Assembly: GCA_016839765.1 (NCBI GenBank)
Contig: JAEOTP010000077.1
Location: 1 to 60,188 of the forward strand
Direction: 5' to 3'
DNA length: 60,188 nucleotides
From: Promethearchaeota archaeon
Lineage (GTDB): Archaea; Asgardarchaeota; Lokiarchaeia; Sigyniarchaeales; SOKP01
Positions 60,129 to 60,188 of this stretch are shown one piece after another. Below the pieces are notes generated by a model. It saw only the letters and a program-made list of their open reading frames with translations. It was not told the origin of the DNA and ran no database searches. The position numbers were made by a program, and so were the translations under genes. The stretch's first letter is position 1, and each line of letters starts with the position of its first letter.

Positions 60129-60188
60129 ATGAGTTCTATATCTCCAATTAGACCCAAAAACTTTCGTGAAAAAGTATTTTTCAGAAAA
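60129..60188 (+). CDS. 5' part of a gene running off the window
   Basis: ATG 60129, open to the window end (MSSISPIRPKNFREKVFFRK); too short to identify. Confidence 0.4.
   Translation, partial: MSSISPIRPKNFREKVFFRK

Overview
Very AT-rich, gene-dense archaeal chromosomal segment, most likely from an Asgard archaeon of Lokiarchaeia type. This is inferred from the archaeal DNA ligase, AMP phosphorylase, eS25, a tailed histone, an intron-containing tRNA-Ser and many eukaryote-signature-like proteins: a gelsolin domain, longin/uDENN-like proteins, Rab-like and Rag/Arf-like GTPases, and a Bud23-like methyltransferase. The best-supported hidden signal is a selenoprotein operon that the ORF track breaks or misses. 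It consists of hdrA (55972-57969, in-frame UGA at codons 17 and 201) and mvhD/vhuD (57991-58425, UGA at codons 20 and 71), followed by a structured K-turn-like RNA element (SECIS candidate) and an FrhB-family gene. It lies head-to-head with an all-cysteine hdrD-hdrA-mvhD operon. Other highlights are a 1429-aa surface protein translationally coupled to a uDENN/longin-like protein, four HEAT+LRR paralogs, a form IV RuBisCO-like protein, a hisD remnant, a degenerate ThiI-like protein beside a ubiquitin-like sulfur carrier, and a recent tandem duplication of a coiled-coil/Zn-ribbon gene. No rRNA, CRISPR array or transposase was seen. All family assignments come from motif recognition by eye, not from database searches.
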